NCBI GenBank assembly: GCA_013265495.1
Contig: MU058153.1
Coordinates: 994,001-1,058,000, forward strand
From: Vicugna vicugna
Lineage: Eukaryota
Reading direction: 5' to 3'
Length of the DNA stretch: 64,000 bases
Below are positions 12,540-26,782 of this stretch, one piece after another. A program made the translations under genes and the position numbers. The notes beneath the pieces were generated by a model that worked only from the letters and a program-made list of their open reading frames with translations, was not told the DNA's origin and did not search any database. Numbering within the stretch: the stretch's first letter is position 1; every line of letters begins with the position of its first letter.

Positions 12540-13400
12540 TACAGCAAATCTTTATTGAACACCTACTATGCCTTGGACTCTGAGGATACAGTGGTAAACT
12601 GGTAAACTACAGTAAAACAGATGCAGTCCATTCCTACACAGATGTTCAAATCTTTTGGAAAAGTCAAAATATCCGTATCCTTAAACCACTGTAGTATGAC
12701 AAAGAGGCAATTGCCATAAACTGGTATTAGAGTTTGAAAGAGAACCAAATGTCTTTCTAAAGGAATTCATAAGAGGTTTTATGAAGGGGGTAATCAACTG
12801 GTCCTTGACTATTAGATAGGATTTAATGAGGAAGTGGCCATCAGTTGGAGGGGAACAGTAAATATGCCTAGGTAGGTGTTTAACTCCTGTGGGACACAGT
12901 TAAGAGGCTGGCACATAAATTGTTTCCAGTTGGTCAGAAAGGCAACATACAGCCAACAACTTTTAATGCAAAGGAGAAGATTATGTGAGTTGACTATAGG
13001 TATATTCACACTCGCTTTCCTTTATGGAAGAGGAGTAATTCATTGTGACTGCCAAAATCCAAAAGGACTTCTCAGTCAAGGCTTCATCTGACTTGCTTAG
13101 AAGAATATAATTTACAAGAGTGTACAATGGAGGGAAAGATCTCTAAGTTGAAGGAAAGCCAGTAGGGAGGTTATGGCAGTGAAGAAGTGAATGGCATATT
13201 TAACAGATGAGACCGTGTAGATCATGTGCTCACCGATGATAGAGGCGAGGCTCTTCACAAACATTGGACTAAACAAAGGAGAGGTTTGATAGTTGGGCAG
13301 AACAATTTCTATTATATTCCACTGGGGCATGATTGAAAATGTCTGATAGAAGGCTACTCTTCCCTGAAAGAGCTGAGACACAGAACTAGAGGAAGACATG
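12540..13400 (-). mobile_element. L2 LINE fragment(s)
   Basis: cagcaaatctttattgaacacctactatgccttggactctgaggatacagtggtaaa is the reverse-complement L2 tail; the downstream purine-rich sequence is a weaker match. Confidence 0.6.
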
Positions 13401-13439
13401 CTGGTCAGATGGTTCTTCACCTGTATTAAAATACAATGG

Positions 13440-13630
13440 CATTCAGTACGATGTAGTAGAAAGGAAAGTGAGCTTAGAGTTAGAAGATATGGGCAGATTG
13501 ATTGGTGCTTCTAAAATTTAATTTCCTCAAACATCAAAAAAGAGTTAATGACACCTGATTTTGACTAGTTCACAAGGTTGTTGTCAAGAATATATGTGAG
13601 ATAATGATGATAATCTCTCTTAGACAAATG
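13440..13630 (+). mobile_element. MIR SINE (old subfamily)
   Basis: gtagtagaaagg...ttagagttagaagatatggg...tttcctca...ttcacaaggttgttgtcaagaat. Confidence 0.6.
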
Positions 13631-14224
13631 TGAAAGTCTGATGGAGAGGTGGCATGTTAAAGGAGTGAATTTAGGCCGGGATAGATGTCACCAGAGCGAT
13701 GCCTCTTAGTGAGGAGCCAGTTACTACCCAGGTTCACAGACTATGGTCTGGATCAAGGGCGTATCATCTACAGCCACAAGAGAATCTCCCCCTCAGAGCA
13801 TAAATGCTGTCCCAGCTGAACATTATCATCAGTAATTCCCCAAGAGGAAGGGACCACAGGTAGGCCGACGACAGTCATACATACTCTGTAGAGATTTTGC
13901 ATAGTTGTTTATATGGACTTTGCCAGTAGTTCCTTAATCTTTGTACCACATGGGGTGGACAAGGTGAAGACACCCTCACAGTCAAAGAGCAAAGAGAGAT
14001 AAAGAAATGAGGCCTAGAAAGTGTTGATGCAATTAACGCAATTAAATGCATTATCTGAGAATCTAGAGAACTTGACACTTGGTCCAATTCTGACGTCAGA
14101 TTCTGCACTAAGACTTTCTTTGTTCTTTGTCCTCGTCCTCCTCTCCTTCCTCTCTGAAGCTACAAGTTTTGGAATCCTTTAAGGAAGATTACCTTAAAAC
14201 CTTAATTGCACTAGGTTTGTCATT

Positions 14225-14365
14225 ATTGTACAAAGAGGAAATCTGAGACCAAGGGGTTAAGTGTTTTGCCCAAAGACACCCAGAGTAGTAAGTGGCTATA
14301 TTAGGACTCAAATTTAGGTCACTGTGATGACAAATTCAGTTATCTTTTAACTCTGCTGTGCTCTG
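14225..14365 (-). mobile_element. MIR SINE
   Basis: tacaaagaggaaatctgagaccaaggggttaagtgttttgcccaaagacacccagagtagtaagtggc. Confidence 0.85.
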
Positions 14366-14499
14366 GCTTATATTTAAAACAGATAACAACTTCCCTGAGT
14401 AGTATTTTAGTCCACATTAATAATCAAAACATAATGTCAAGATACTCAAAATGAAACACTACAGAATTGTTTGTGATAAGAGAAAATAATTAGAAAAGA

Positions 14500-14880
14500 G
14501 CAAAGTTAAAAATGCCCATTAATAGGAGATTGATAAAATGAATTATAGTAATTGTATAAAGAGAAATATTACATAGTCCTTTCTTTAAAAATTGTGAAAT
14601 ATGGACCTATGTATTTATTGATAGGCAAAGATTTCTAGAATTCATCGCTAACTATAACCAAAGCAGAATAATGTGAACAATGTGATTTCATTTTATGAAG
14701 ATGATATAATACCATATTTGTTTATAAGCATATAAAATTTCTGGAAGGATGTAAAAAAAAACCTGCTAATACTAAAAACTTCTCTGGATGAAGAAAGTGA
14801 TCATTTTACTTTTATTATGTGTTTATTGTCTTATCATTGATTTTATTACATCCATAGTATTACTTATATTTTTAAGGATT
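14500..14880 (+). mobile_element. ancient L1 3' end (L1ME/MC-like)
   Basis: aaatgcccattaataggagattgataaaatgaattatagta resembles the conserved L1 3' segment aaatgtccatcaataggggaatggataaataaattatggta. Confidence 0.65.
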
Positions 14881-15974
14881 AAAATTAGATCATGCAAATG
14901 AGAAAAGTAGTATCTAAGGGCACTCACAGCTTCCAAATTTCATGTTTGAAATCAGAGCACCATCTTGCTTTGAACAACTCTAGTACACTATTTCTGAACA
15001 AGGCTCCCCTATGGCCAAAATTCAAAACAATTGCATGCATATAGAGAAATATACGTGCATGTGATGTTACTTTCAGAGTGACAGCTGGGTGGGGGAAACT
15101 GGTCAAAGGCTGACCCACACCATATGGCCTCACAGATTTCTTGATTCCCGCACACAGAGCATTCTTGGCAAGGTCAAGGGCAGGCCAGAAAGTGATCCAT
15201 TAAACTTTCGCGGTTGATGTGCACTACATGTGCACTGCAAGTCAGCATCTTGTACATGCAGACCTATGCTCCAGCCCTTTGTTTAAAGGACACAGATTCT
15301 TTCAAGTAAAGAACTGGAAAACTGCATGGATGGGGTGAAATGCTGACAGTACAGATTGTAGACCCAAATGGAATCCCATTGTTCAGCCTCAAGTTGCAAT
15401 TTTTGGAAAGAAGATGCTGTAATTACTAATAGTACCTCTAAGCCTGAGCTTTACTCCTACACACTTTACGGAATTTAGCTAAATAACAATGGTGATATTC
15501 TAATTTGTTATTTGTCATTTAGATGGAGTGTAGTGCTGCATAATACTTTGTCTTTAGCCAGCAAATACTGAGTCTCTGTTCCCCAGGAAACTTATCATCA
15601 TCTAAACACATTTTTCTTTTTGATCAAGCTAAATGGCAATCCAGCTAGAAAATTGTATTTACAGGTAAGGTTAATATTACCTAAAGGATCAAGAGAAACT
15701 CTCAATGTCCTAGAAAATACATAATAGCCTCTTAGAGTAGGATAAGGTAATTTTTCATCATTTTATTCCCCTTTTACTTGTCTTTTGTAGATGAATCCTA
15801 GAAAATTGGAAATATATTTTGATTCCACATCAAAAGTTATCATTTTAGTCTGTATAATAAGATATTCTCTTTTTGTTCCTCTTTTCCTAACCTACTAACT
15901 GTGGATAATCTTTAAGACTCATAGATCTGCTGTTTGAGTCTCTTTGCTTTAATGGTTTCATTTATGGCCAAAAA

Positions 15975-16215
15975 GTTCCCTATGATTTCCACATCTACAT
16001 TGCCAACTAGATTCCCCACCAGGACTCTCCAGGACCTTGCCTTAATTTGCCACACAATATCTTCTCTCGGATAGATCAGTCATCTGAAACACAACTTTTC
16101 AAAGCCAAATTCATTTAGGCTCATTGCCTACCTCAGTGCACCTCACTCTATCCATTTTTATTTCCACATCCCAAACAGAGACACTGCTATCTTTCTTGGT
16201 TTAGACCTCTGGAGT
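15975..16215 (+). mobile_element. L2 LINE fragment
   Basis: gatttccacatctacattgcca...catctgaaacacaacttttcaaagccaaattcatt. Confidence 0.5.
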
Positions 16216-19046
16216 TATTTTCCACCAGACTTCTTTTCATAATTTTTGTTTTTCTCCCAACTCAGCTAATTATCTCCCTTCTTAATTATTTGTCCTTACG
16301 TGGCTGTTACAGTTGTTTAAATTTTCATTTTTTAAGAAGCAGCTGAGAATCATTACATCCAAGTTATTCTCCACTGTCTACCTACTCTTCTATTTTTCCC
16401 AGAGATATTGTCCAAGTCCTACAGGGTGTGACATCTGTGATTTTTATGGTGGCCCATTAAAAATCCTCTTTTTTCTCCCTCTGCTTTCCCAAAACCAGCT
16501 ATCATATTTAATTCTCATTGTTCCCTTGTTCACACTGACTAGCCTCCAGAAGTATATATAAACTATTCATTTATGACAACTTTTCTAAAGGCCCTAGGCT
16601 TTTGCACTAGTAAGGCGCACAGTTTGACCAGCCCAACTCATTGATCCCATTAATCAAATACTTTATTTCTTTCAGAACATGGCTAAATTGATCCTTTCAT
16701 TCTATTGTATTAATTTTAATTTTCTTCCCGTATCCATTCATTATTTTAACATCAGATGTCCTTGGGTGAACTTCTGTGAACTTGGAAACTTAGTCTGCAT
16801 CATATACCTTGATATGTAACTCAACAAAATGCATGGCTCTGCTATTTTGAACGTCTAGTACGGCTCTCTTCTTGACTCTGAGCTCCTTTGGCAATGAGAC
16901 ATTTAGTCTTCTGTTGTCTTTACTGTCCTCTATTGCAATGGTTTTGCTCTACACTGCTGACCAAACCTGTACCCAGGGCTTACATAGTGACTGGAGAAAT
17001 TGACACAGTTTCTATAAAATGGGTCCCCAAAGCCTGAATATGATACCAAACCAACCTTATTCTGCAGTTCCAAAAATAGTTAAATAAAAACAACATTTTG
17101 GAGACCTACGTATTTTCATCCTATGATCATATTAAATTTTAAAGATAACATATTGACATATTTTATGAACATGGGAGCAAATAAACATTTTTCTCTCAAC
17201 TGGCAGTTCTTTTTATCAATGTATACCTATTTTAACCTTCCAGCCTTCTTCCTCAGTGAAAGTGGCTTGATTATTTCTTAAAATGCTACATCTAGTGGGA
17301 AGATTTTTGAATATTTTCTCTAGTTTATACGTTATAGATCAAAGTTGGTTTTTCATAACACAAGAAGAAAGTTATTAGCTCTCTTTGCAAAAAATGTAGG
17401 CAATTATATCACCTTTCTTTTGCAAATTAAGGGCATATTATAAATTCTCCCCTGGAATAAACATTCTTGTTTGGTCTTAAGAGGACAGGTGGATTTGTTT
17501 TTTAAGCCGCATATGTCGATTTTTACCTGACACAATACAGCCTTATGAGACTTTCTGCAAATTACTGTTTCTACTTTTTCCTACCTTTCTGATGGTAATA
17601 GATTTGGGTATGGAGAAGTAAAGAGTCCATGATGCCTGGGAATTTATTCTTGTATTTTACATCATCTGGTACAATGCTTATATATATATAAAATCTTTAG
17701 AGCATGCTATTTGCTTTGTAAGACCAGAAGTTATTAACTGCTACCAATGGAGGCAAACCACTATAAAAACAAAAACAAAACACAGATGAAGAAATACTAT
17801 CTGAAATGGGGTGGAAAGGTTTGAGGTAGAGAACTCCTCTTTAGTAAAAGGTATGATGTTAGTCAATGATTGAGGAGGTAGGGGTGAAAAATGGGAGTCA
17901 TTTTGAGAGGAAATGAATTAGAAGCACTAAATACATTGTTTTTTGTGTTACCTGCCCAATATTTGGTCCCAGGCCAGATACCAACCCTCATTTACTAATA
18001 TTGGTACCGATGGTGACCTTGGTGTTAAATCATGGTTACAGACTTTGGGGCAGGATCTGATTTTCCTAATAGTGCTAGCCTTCCTGGATTATTTGATGGG
18101 TTTTACTAATGTCCTTAGAATTCAGTTGAATATTCTAGCAGATTTACTGGTAGAAACAGGTGTCACAAATTTGCCTAACACTTTCCAAAAGCTCTTAGAA
18201 ATTAGTACTTGTGACACTTGTGTGGAAGCCTATTTATTCAGAATTCCGTAGTTAGCAGACTTACAGTTTCTGTTCTCTCCTTTTCATTCTATACAAGGGA
18301 AGGATTTTTTGGTAGGTGAAGTTGCTACAGAATTGTGAGCCCTACGATAAAGAACCAGAGATAGGATGACTAGTAAGTCACGCTGAAAAAATAACATATA
18401 TCTGATCATTCTTTCGTCCCCTGGTCCCTGTCAGCCACTTTCCCTGCTGGCTTATGTGAGAATCTAATTCTTGTCTTTGCAATTTACACGTGTTGAACAT
18501 ATTTCCTTGTCTTTCTTCATCTTCATTCACTGAAGGCCTATAGCCCAGACTCTCTAGCTTTCCATTCTGAGGCTCTTAGAAGGTTTTGGTCCCCTTTTCA
18601 CCTTCAACTAATACAAGATTTCTGAATCATAATTATGCCTTGAATATGGGACTGATGTGTGAACCACTTGCCTGATAAAGGATATTTCAGGGTTCTGTTG
18701 GTTTAATAATACAGGGCACTAAGACAGAAAGGGCACATATGTGAAAAAAAGAGTTTATTTTTTAAAGTTTTTTTTTCAATATTAGAGATCTCATTTAGAG
18801 AGAGAAACCTGACCAGCCGTGTGCGATATATGAAGGTAACAAAGAAGGATGGAAGATAGTAAGAATATTTTTAAAGTACACAAAAATAATTTATTCTTAA
18901 TTATAGAATTATTTGTGTTTATAATAGATAATGTGAAAAGTGCTTCAAAGCACAAAGAAGTTGAAGATGACCTATATTCTCACCATTCAAATATATCCAA
19001 TTCATGGCATGCTGGCACATTCCCTTTTAAATGTGTACTGAACATC

Positions 19047-19262
19047 CTGGTTAAGATCGTGGACTCTGTTCCCAGACTGGGTAAATCACAGTTTTGTGGC
19101 TTTCTGAGAGGGTGACTTTATGTAATCTACTTAACTGTTCTGTGCCTCAGCTTCCTTATTTGCAGAGTAAGAACAATAGTAGTACTGGTTTCTTGTGAGG
19201 ATTAAATAAGTGAGTACATGCACAGCTTTTCAAATTATAGCTAGTCACATTAATACAGTTTC
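19047..19262 (+). mobile_element. MIR SINE, near full length
   Basis: tggttaagatcgtggactctg...tacttaactgttctgtgcctcagcttccttatttgcaga...tcttgtgaggattaaataag. Confidence 0.9.
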
Positions 19263-22149
19263 TTGTTCTCTTTGGTAATGATGATGCCACCATGTGATAG
19301 GTGAATGGACTTGAAAATTCTGTGCTACTTTTCTTCCCATTACCTAAATTAACTACTTTTAACACTTGGCAGTCCATTTTTGAACTGAGTAGTTTTATTG
19401 GTAGAAACTAACAAAGCTTACTGATAAGTACTTTTTAATGGCCTTTTTTGAGTCCTTCACACTTTTAAACCAATAAGTACATTATTTCTTTAATGTTTTT
19501 GAGAAATACTTAACTGCTGAGCTTTTTTGATTGATTCTTTCAATTCTGAGTGAGGTTAAAATATCCAATAATTCAGATATTCTTAAACCTCTTCTTTGAA
19601 CTTAGAAGTATACCGACAAAAAGACTATTTCTTTTCATTGACCCTTAAATTTCTTTCCCCATCAGCCCACATCTACTTACCTGCAAGCCTTGAGAAATAA
19701 GCTTCAATAATAAAGGAAAATCTTATTTTGTTCATTCTTTGACTTCTTAGAAGCGTCACTGTTGATTTTATAATTATTTAAAGGATAAAAATAATGAAAC
19801 AGATCACATTTTCCCCAATAATCAAATTAATAAATGCTGGAGTACGGCTGAGGCTGGAATATCTTTGGCCACATGTGGGTGAAGAAGCAAAAAATTTGCA
19901 ACTTATTGCTTAATGCTTGGTTCTTACAGTGACATAAATGCAAACTCTTAACATGTTTAGTTCTTTAGAACTACTTGGTGGAGTAATGAAAAAAATAATA
20001 TTTAGTTCACCAAAGCCACCAAAGATAACCAGATAGAATGCAGCTGCTTATGTTGACTTATCCCCATGAACTGAGGTACCACATTCTATTTGAATGTTAA
20101 AACAAACAAGAGACTAGCTGGTTTAATATCCAAGAGACTTACTGATCCTGGTCCATTCTGTGTTCCAGAAGGAAAGGAGGGGGATTCTAACATGGAAGGA
20201 TCATCTCTCTTAATGAGGCAGCTTGATTTCCCTTCTCCCACCCCTACCTCTGGGTCTCAATAAATTAGCAGATGTACTTAATGAGGTTCAGGTGTATTTC
20301 ATATTCAAAAGGCAAAATTCCTGGATATTCACTTTCAAATAATCTTTCAACTAGAACATAACCCTGTTATCAGTCCTCAGTCTTTTGCACAAATAATATG
20401 TTTTCTCCTAAGTGTTTCTGGTGGTGCTTATAAAGCTTGGTGGAAATCAGAGCAATGTTGCATCTAGAGTGGATGAAGAGCCCGTGTGTCGGTGTCGGGG
20501 GGATTATGCACTTTCAGTAGCCCTATCCCTGGTTCATCACTTTCTCTGTATTTTCAAGAGTGACATTTGGGCTCCCCAAACATAAAAACCAGTGGGAGAA
20601 ATTAACTGATTCAACGGAATAACTTTATAATTTTGTAAATGCAGAAGACTCAAATTACTTCCTATGGAAGATTGTTGTAAATCATTAGAGTTCATTACCA
20701 ACTCCACCCAATGCTGCCATAAACCAAGTGATTTTGCTCTATTATCCAAAAGTATCTAGGTGTACTATATCTCCTATGCCAGGATGTTCATGCAAAAGAA
20801 ATTCTAGAGGGAGTAGGGGGAGATCTTCAGATAACCCCCATCTGGAACAAGGCCAATGAACGAGCCCACAGTCTTTCTCCAAATAGGCCCTGAGTAACAA
20901 AATACAGCTCATATTGTGATAATTTTCCAAACAAATCAAGACCTCTGATTAAATGACTTGAACCTGTGGCTTCCTGCTACTCTAAGGATTATCAATAGAA
21001 GCATTGCAGCACAGTTTTATTAGACTCATTGGAGCTATAATTAACCATCAGAGAGGAACAAAAATTTTTTAAAATCCATTATGATTAATTTTCACAGGAT
21101 GTCTTGGAAATCTTACAGGAGGCATTAGTATCCTGCCTATTTATAATTAACAGATCGCAAACACTGTTGCATTTTCCCAACAGAGACTGCTTAAATGGAA
21201 AGCTTTGTTGATACGGGATTTAAATACATGGGCTTGAGTCCCTGAAAGATGTGTTTTACAGAGATTTTAGGACAATGCAGTATGTTCTCCCGATGAGATG
21301 CTCTTGTCATTGCTCCTATTTGAAGCGGTCATAAGGGAAAAATCTCTCTGGCTTCCTTTGGCTAAGGCAGCGTGTTCAGTGTGAGGATCTGGACTACAAA
21401 CACACTTTGGAGAGAATTATGCAACCCGTGCAGACACAGCAGGAAGGAATTAGTTCCTTAGTTAAGTGTTGGAGTCCAGTTTCCAAGGTATTTATATTTA
21501 GAATTTGGTCATCACCTCACCCAATCAAAATTAACAAAGGACCTCAAATCTGCATAAATGGAGTTAAGTAATTCTCATATAAACCATTCATTTGCTTGAG
21601 CTGACGGGTAATATGGTGTTAATGTCTGTCTAGGACTATAAGAAAATAAAACCTTATTTTGCAGCAATTCCCATTGGCAGGTAGTAACTTCAGAGAGACG
21701 CTATTGGGCAAAAGTTGCTGACGCAATAGATTTGCCCTGCTTCTAGTCTTTCCCGGCCCACTTTAGGGATATTGTTTCTAGGTGAGAATCTCGGATTGTC
21801 ACTCTGCACTTTGAGCTTTTTCAAAGACAACCATTTCTTTCTTTATCATGTGCTAAGAACCATTGTAATCTAGCCAAACCTTATACGAATGATCTCAACC
21901 CCTTATATTTTCTGATGTTGCTCCAATCTTACAAATTAAAGTTTCAGGGCCTCCCCATGTGCTTTCAAATCTTCCTGCCCTTGCTCTTCTCAATTGGAAA
22001 AATTCCTGCTCGACATTTAAAACCCTTAAAACTTTAGGCACATGCATACCTTTTATTTGAATCTTTCTCAGTCTAATCTTTTCTATCGCCGCCTTGCAAT
22101 TAATAATGTGTCCCGCACCAATGCTAACATGACTTGTATGTCCCTCTAT

Positions 22150-22290
22150 TAGCATGCCCATCAGTTTGAGCTCTAACACTTGAAGGACATGGATTGTGCA
22201 TCCCCAACACTGAGAGAATGTCTGTCCCATAAACTTCATCACCTTGGAAGATATCTGACTCAATAAGTGTTAATTGAAAAGACTTGTGAA
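22150..22290 (+). mobile_element. L2 3' terminal fragment
   Basis: tgcatccccaacactgagagaatgtctg...ctcaataagtgttaattgaa. Confidence 0.5.
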
Positions 22291-23529
22291 TGCACTATTT
22301 AGCATACTTGTTTATTTCATCTTGTAAAAACAGTTATGGGTGCCCATGCTTATATTTAACATGGCTCAACAATGGATGAGGTTTTTCTGGGTTGAAACAT
22401 TAGCTGATAAATGGTAGCTGTTTTCCATAAATAGATCTGAAGTAGAGGAGTACAGTAACCTTATTTTAAAAATCTCATTGACTTACTGAGTATGCCAATT
22501 AAAAAAAAGAGAGAGAGGATAAGACATGTTTAAGAAGTTATTAAAGTTGAATTATGACCTTGCATTTTTATTATACCAAACCTGGAAAGCATGTAAATTA
22601 GGAGAGAGAGAAGGCTGAAGCACTTTAGATATCAGTGTGTAATGGATCATGTACTTTTTGGATGGAATAGACTAGTTATCAATGAAGGGAGATTAAAAAT
22701 AATTGCCAGCTCATGCCTTACCTGAAGTAAACATTATATTTGTAACAATAGAATTTTAATTTTTTTCAGTCCCCTTACTAGCCTAAATTATTTGTGGCTT
22801 CTAGTTGTTCAGTCATGAAAGGAATGGTATAAATTCTAAACTTCATTCCTTTCCTTTTTTACCCATGAATCCATTGGCCCATGAGCTTATTATTTGCACT
22901 GTGTTATATAGTATCACTTCCTCTTAGATGACTTTTTTATATCTAAATATGTATTTTATATTTATTTTACCTATATTCAATAGGTATTCTAGGAGTTTTG
23001 AAAAGAGACACGTTGTAAGGCAATAAACTGTTTTTGTGAAAATGGTAGAGAAGTTCTCACTGAAGGCAGATGAAATGAACCTTACATGTCATGAAACAAA
23101 ATCAGGGGTAAAAAAAAATAAAGGGCAAATTATACCTTTGCTTGATAATTCAGTTCCCAACAACAGTAGGAATATCACTTAAGCTAACTGCCAATACGTA
23201 TGGTATCCCCAGTAGCTTTGCTCATATCTGACTGTGATGATATTTTTATTGCATGAAAATGTTGAGAACTTAAACACTTAGAGCAAGGACTGAGGTTTCA
23301 TTGTGTCCTCAGTTATGGGCAAGACTACAAATCTTAGAGCATCAAAAGGTATCCAAATGACCCACCACGACAGAGGCAAAAGAAACTTTATAAGAAAAGA
23401 TGAGAGAGGAATGTTCAATTTCCTGATGACAGCTGAATACTTATCCAGCTGCTCTGAAAGTATCTGGAGGGCAAGTAGACCATCACACCTCTGAGAGATG
23501 CCCAAGAGGGAGCCGTCTTTTAGAACAAC

Positions 23530-23710
23530 CTGAGGACTCTGGGATGAAATCTAGGCTCTGTCCTAGAGCGGCTGCGTGAGCTGTTATGAGGCGTATAACA
23601 CCTCTGATTAATTTTCTCATTTGTAAAATGCTAATAGCATCACTTGTCTCCTAGGTTGCAAGTAATAAATAAGATAACATATTCAAAGGTACAGTGCTTT
23701 GCATGATGCA
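23530..23710 (+). mobile_element. MIR SINE
   Basis: tttctcatttgtaaaatgctaatagcatcacttgtctcctaggttgc...aaataagataacatattcaaag. Confidence 0.65.
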
Positions 23711-25044
23711 AGATGACAAAAACAATACCAATCTCTTTCCTTAGAGGAGAGAGTTCTCTGCGTTGGGGTGGCAGCTGTGTTTGTCCATCCCGCCTACACT
23801 GCACTCACCCCTTCTTTGAAATCCCAGCTGTCGACAAGTCGTAATGAGGTCACTAGGGAAAAAAAACAAAGCCAGACAAAACTGGTTTGGACTTCATGTG
23901 CCACTAGTTCCAATCCCTGTGGCAGGGTGTGTTTTGTTTTTGTTTTGTAAGTAAAAACTTAAATGATATGCCTCTAATTTAGTCTTTGTAAATTGCCAAA
24001 CTGACTTCTGGATCAGGATGACAGATTGGGCGTGTGTGTTTACGTCCCTTCAAGCTACGTTGAAATGACAGTGTGACATTAAAAGAGGCAAATGCATAAC
24101 AATGATCAGTATCAGAAAGTGTGAATTTAACAGTGGACATTTTGAAGAATTCATTGTCCCTGTGACAGTGCAATGAAGGTTTCAGTGGAGGTAGGGACGC
24201 TTCTTTCCCACTCAGTTGCAGAGAGTCTTCCAGCTTGATGTCAGCAAGTCCAAAGGGCAGAAGAGGGCAGCGGGGATAGACATTTGGGTCATTAACAAAA
24301 GCACAGCACACCCAGCAGCAAGACTGGTCAGGTCCCTTTCTCACTCCCTTTCTCCTTCTGTTTCTCCTCTTGGCCCCATCCTACAATGAACAGCAAGAGT
24401 GGCAAAGGATTTTGCCATGCAGAGAAAGCATTGTAATATCTCTACAATACTGAGAAGTATGGAGGGGGAAGGGTTTGTTTCCTAGTTTTCATGCTACCAC
24501 CTGAAAGAGAGAAGCCCAGCAGAGACTGAGGGATGGAGGATGATTCTCGAAGAGTTTTCAACACCAAGTAAAAGCCTCCTTCTTTTGATACAGAGGTGAG
24601 GGCCCTCATATTGCCTGCCTGGTTTCCTGCCAGCAGTGGCAATACCGCAATATATGGGTGAGAGAAGTGTAGAGGGGGCCATCCCAAGTCAAGGGAAGAA
24701 CCAAGAAACCTGGACTCGGAGCTGCAATTGTATTATAAGTGCTCCAGATTTAGCTTAGATAGCTTGCCTGTTACAGCTGTTTTTCCGGAGGATGCTAGTG
24801 GAGCTTCAGGAACTCATCCTGTGGTTACAGTCCCTTAGCAAGCATGCTTTGTCTTTGGCTTGTGTGTTCATCTGAGGCGGCTAAGTTTGAGTTAATGAAG
24901 GTTATGGGGTAGAGGAAGAAAAATAACCCCAAATTATTTTATGGTGGTCCTTGCTACTACATAAATGCTCTCAGGTAACAGAGATTTATTCCATTTTCAT
25001 AAAATTTTTGGTCAGTTCTTCTATTCAGTAGAAGAAGACTGGGG

Positions 25045-25458
25045 TCAGTATCAGCTTTCACTAACTAACAATAAAAAAAAAACTCAGCAGAATATAATAT
25101 ACATTTATATCTCACTTAAATGACTGCAGTTTGGCTGGAGTGTGTCTGATTCAGATTTAGGATCTACAAGCATCAGGTGGTGATAGTGAACCTCACATCT
25201 CTTTACGGAGCCCAAGGACTGTGGCTGCTTGGGAACAAGGCAAAGGTGGCAAAGCCAAGTGCACAAGCCTATTTCAAGCATCTGCTCAGGTCACTTCCAC
25301 TAACTCCCCATTTGGCCAAAGCACATCACGAGGCCAAATACAAAGTCAACAATCACAAAAGCTTATTCAGCACACCATGAGGCCAAGACAAGGGTGTAAA
25401 TGTATAGAATGATTCCAGGGAAATGAATATTTGAGACCAATAATTCAATTTATCCCAG
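25045..25458 (-). mobile_element. MLT1-type MaLR solo LTR (MLT1I-like)
   Basis: gcacaagcctatttcaagcatctgctcaggtcacttccactaactccccatttggccaaagcacatcacgaggcca...gaatatttgagaccaataattcaatttatc. Confidence 0.7.
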
Positions 25459-26694
25459 AGAAAAAGACCAACACACAATTAAAACCACACCAGCTTCCAC
25501 AACCAATCAGTTTGGTCCCCTCATCCTTCATACAGGTTTATACCTAGAGATCAACGAACATTTTAGAAAAAATTAATAGGAAAGAAGATAGGGCAATGAC
25601 TTCCTTATATCATTTGGTAGAGAGTCATTAGATTCTGTAAGAATTAAAAACAAAAACAAAAAAACACTGTGATTTCCAGTGGGAATTTCTTAACTCACAT
25701 TATTTTCACTAATATCCACTGCTCATCCACACTACACATGGCAGTGAGCAATAGGATGGTAACGCATAATTGTGGGATTTGCATAAGGCTGAGGTGAAAT
25801 TTGTATTTTCCTAGATATACCAGTCAGTTTTGGACAGAATCTGATAAATCATTAAATTAAATGACAAATATCTCAATAGAGTTTGAAGCTCTAATTTTAT
25901 TGTCCTGAGTTATTCGAGAAGTCATCACTTCCCTCCATCCCTCTAGAGTAGTGGATGTAATCTCGGAGCTTCCGATGAAGCACTTCCTTTCCATCTCAGC
26001 TGAGGATTGCTTATAGGTATCCAGGTCCAGTGTGAAAACTCATTTTGTTTCCTAATTGCATAGTGACAAGGAAACATTTTAAATTGCACATTATAAAAAG
26101 AGGAAATGGTGACTTTCAATTCTTTCGCTAGTGACCCCGTACCAAGAGATGCCATTTCAGGGACATCAGTAAGTCTTCTAATAATACCATTAGTGATCTC
26201 ACTTCTCTTAAAGTAAAAGGGAACTGTTAAAAAATTTATTAAATCAATGGACTGTCAGTTTATGATAGTTGTAAACTAATGAAAAGATCTTGCAAACTAT
26301 GAAATTTGAAAGTTGAAGGACACACTGTAACTACAGGAACATGATGAAGTTGAAATTCACACCCAGTTTTTGTTATTACTCATAAATCTTGCCTGACATT
26401 AGCAGAACTCTTCAGCTCTGTGAATCATAGACTTGTATTCATTCCTGGGCACCATTTCTTATCTTATCCAGACAGAAATGTGTTAATTAGCATAACAACA
26501 TAGATTGTATAACTGTGTGATAATTATAAAATTGTAGCTGATTTCACTAAATTCTAAGTCTACAAAGACATTATCATGGCAATTAATGGGAAGACTCTTA
26601 TCATTTTTGAAACTTGGCAGGTATTTTTAAAAGGTTCTTTTTCTTGCAACCTGAAGGTAACCCTTATTTTTTGCTTCATCTCAAATAGTCAAAA

Positions 26695-26782
26695 TTTCTT
26701 CCTCCCTTCCTCCTTCCTTTCTTTTTTTTTCTTCTTCCTTCCTTGCCTTTTCCCTCCCTCTCTTCCTTGTTTTCTTCTTTTT
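26695..26782. repeat. CT-rich low-complexity tract
   Basis: cctcccttcctccttcctttcttttttttcttcttccttcc... Confidence 0.8.

Noticed and set aside
15101..15115. Estrogen response element
   Set aside because: The spacer between GGTCA and TGACC is 5 nt, not the required 3.
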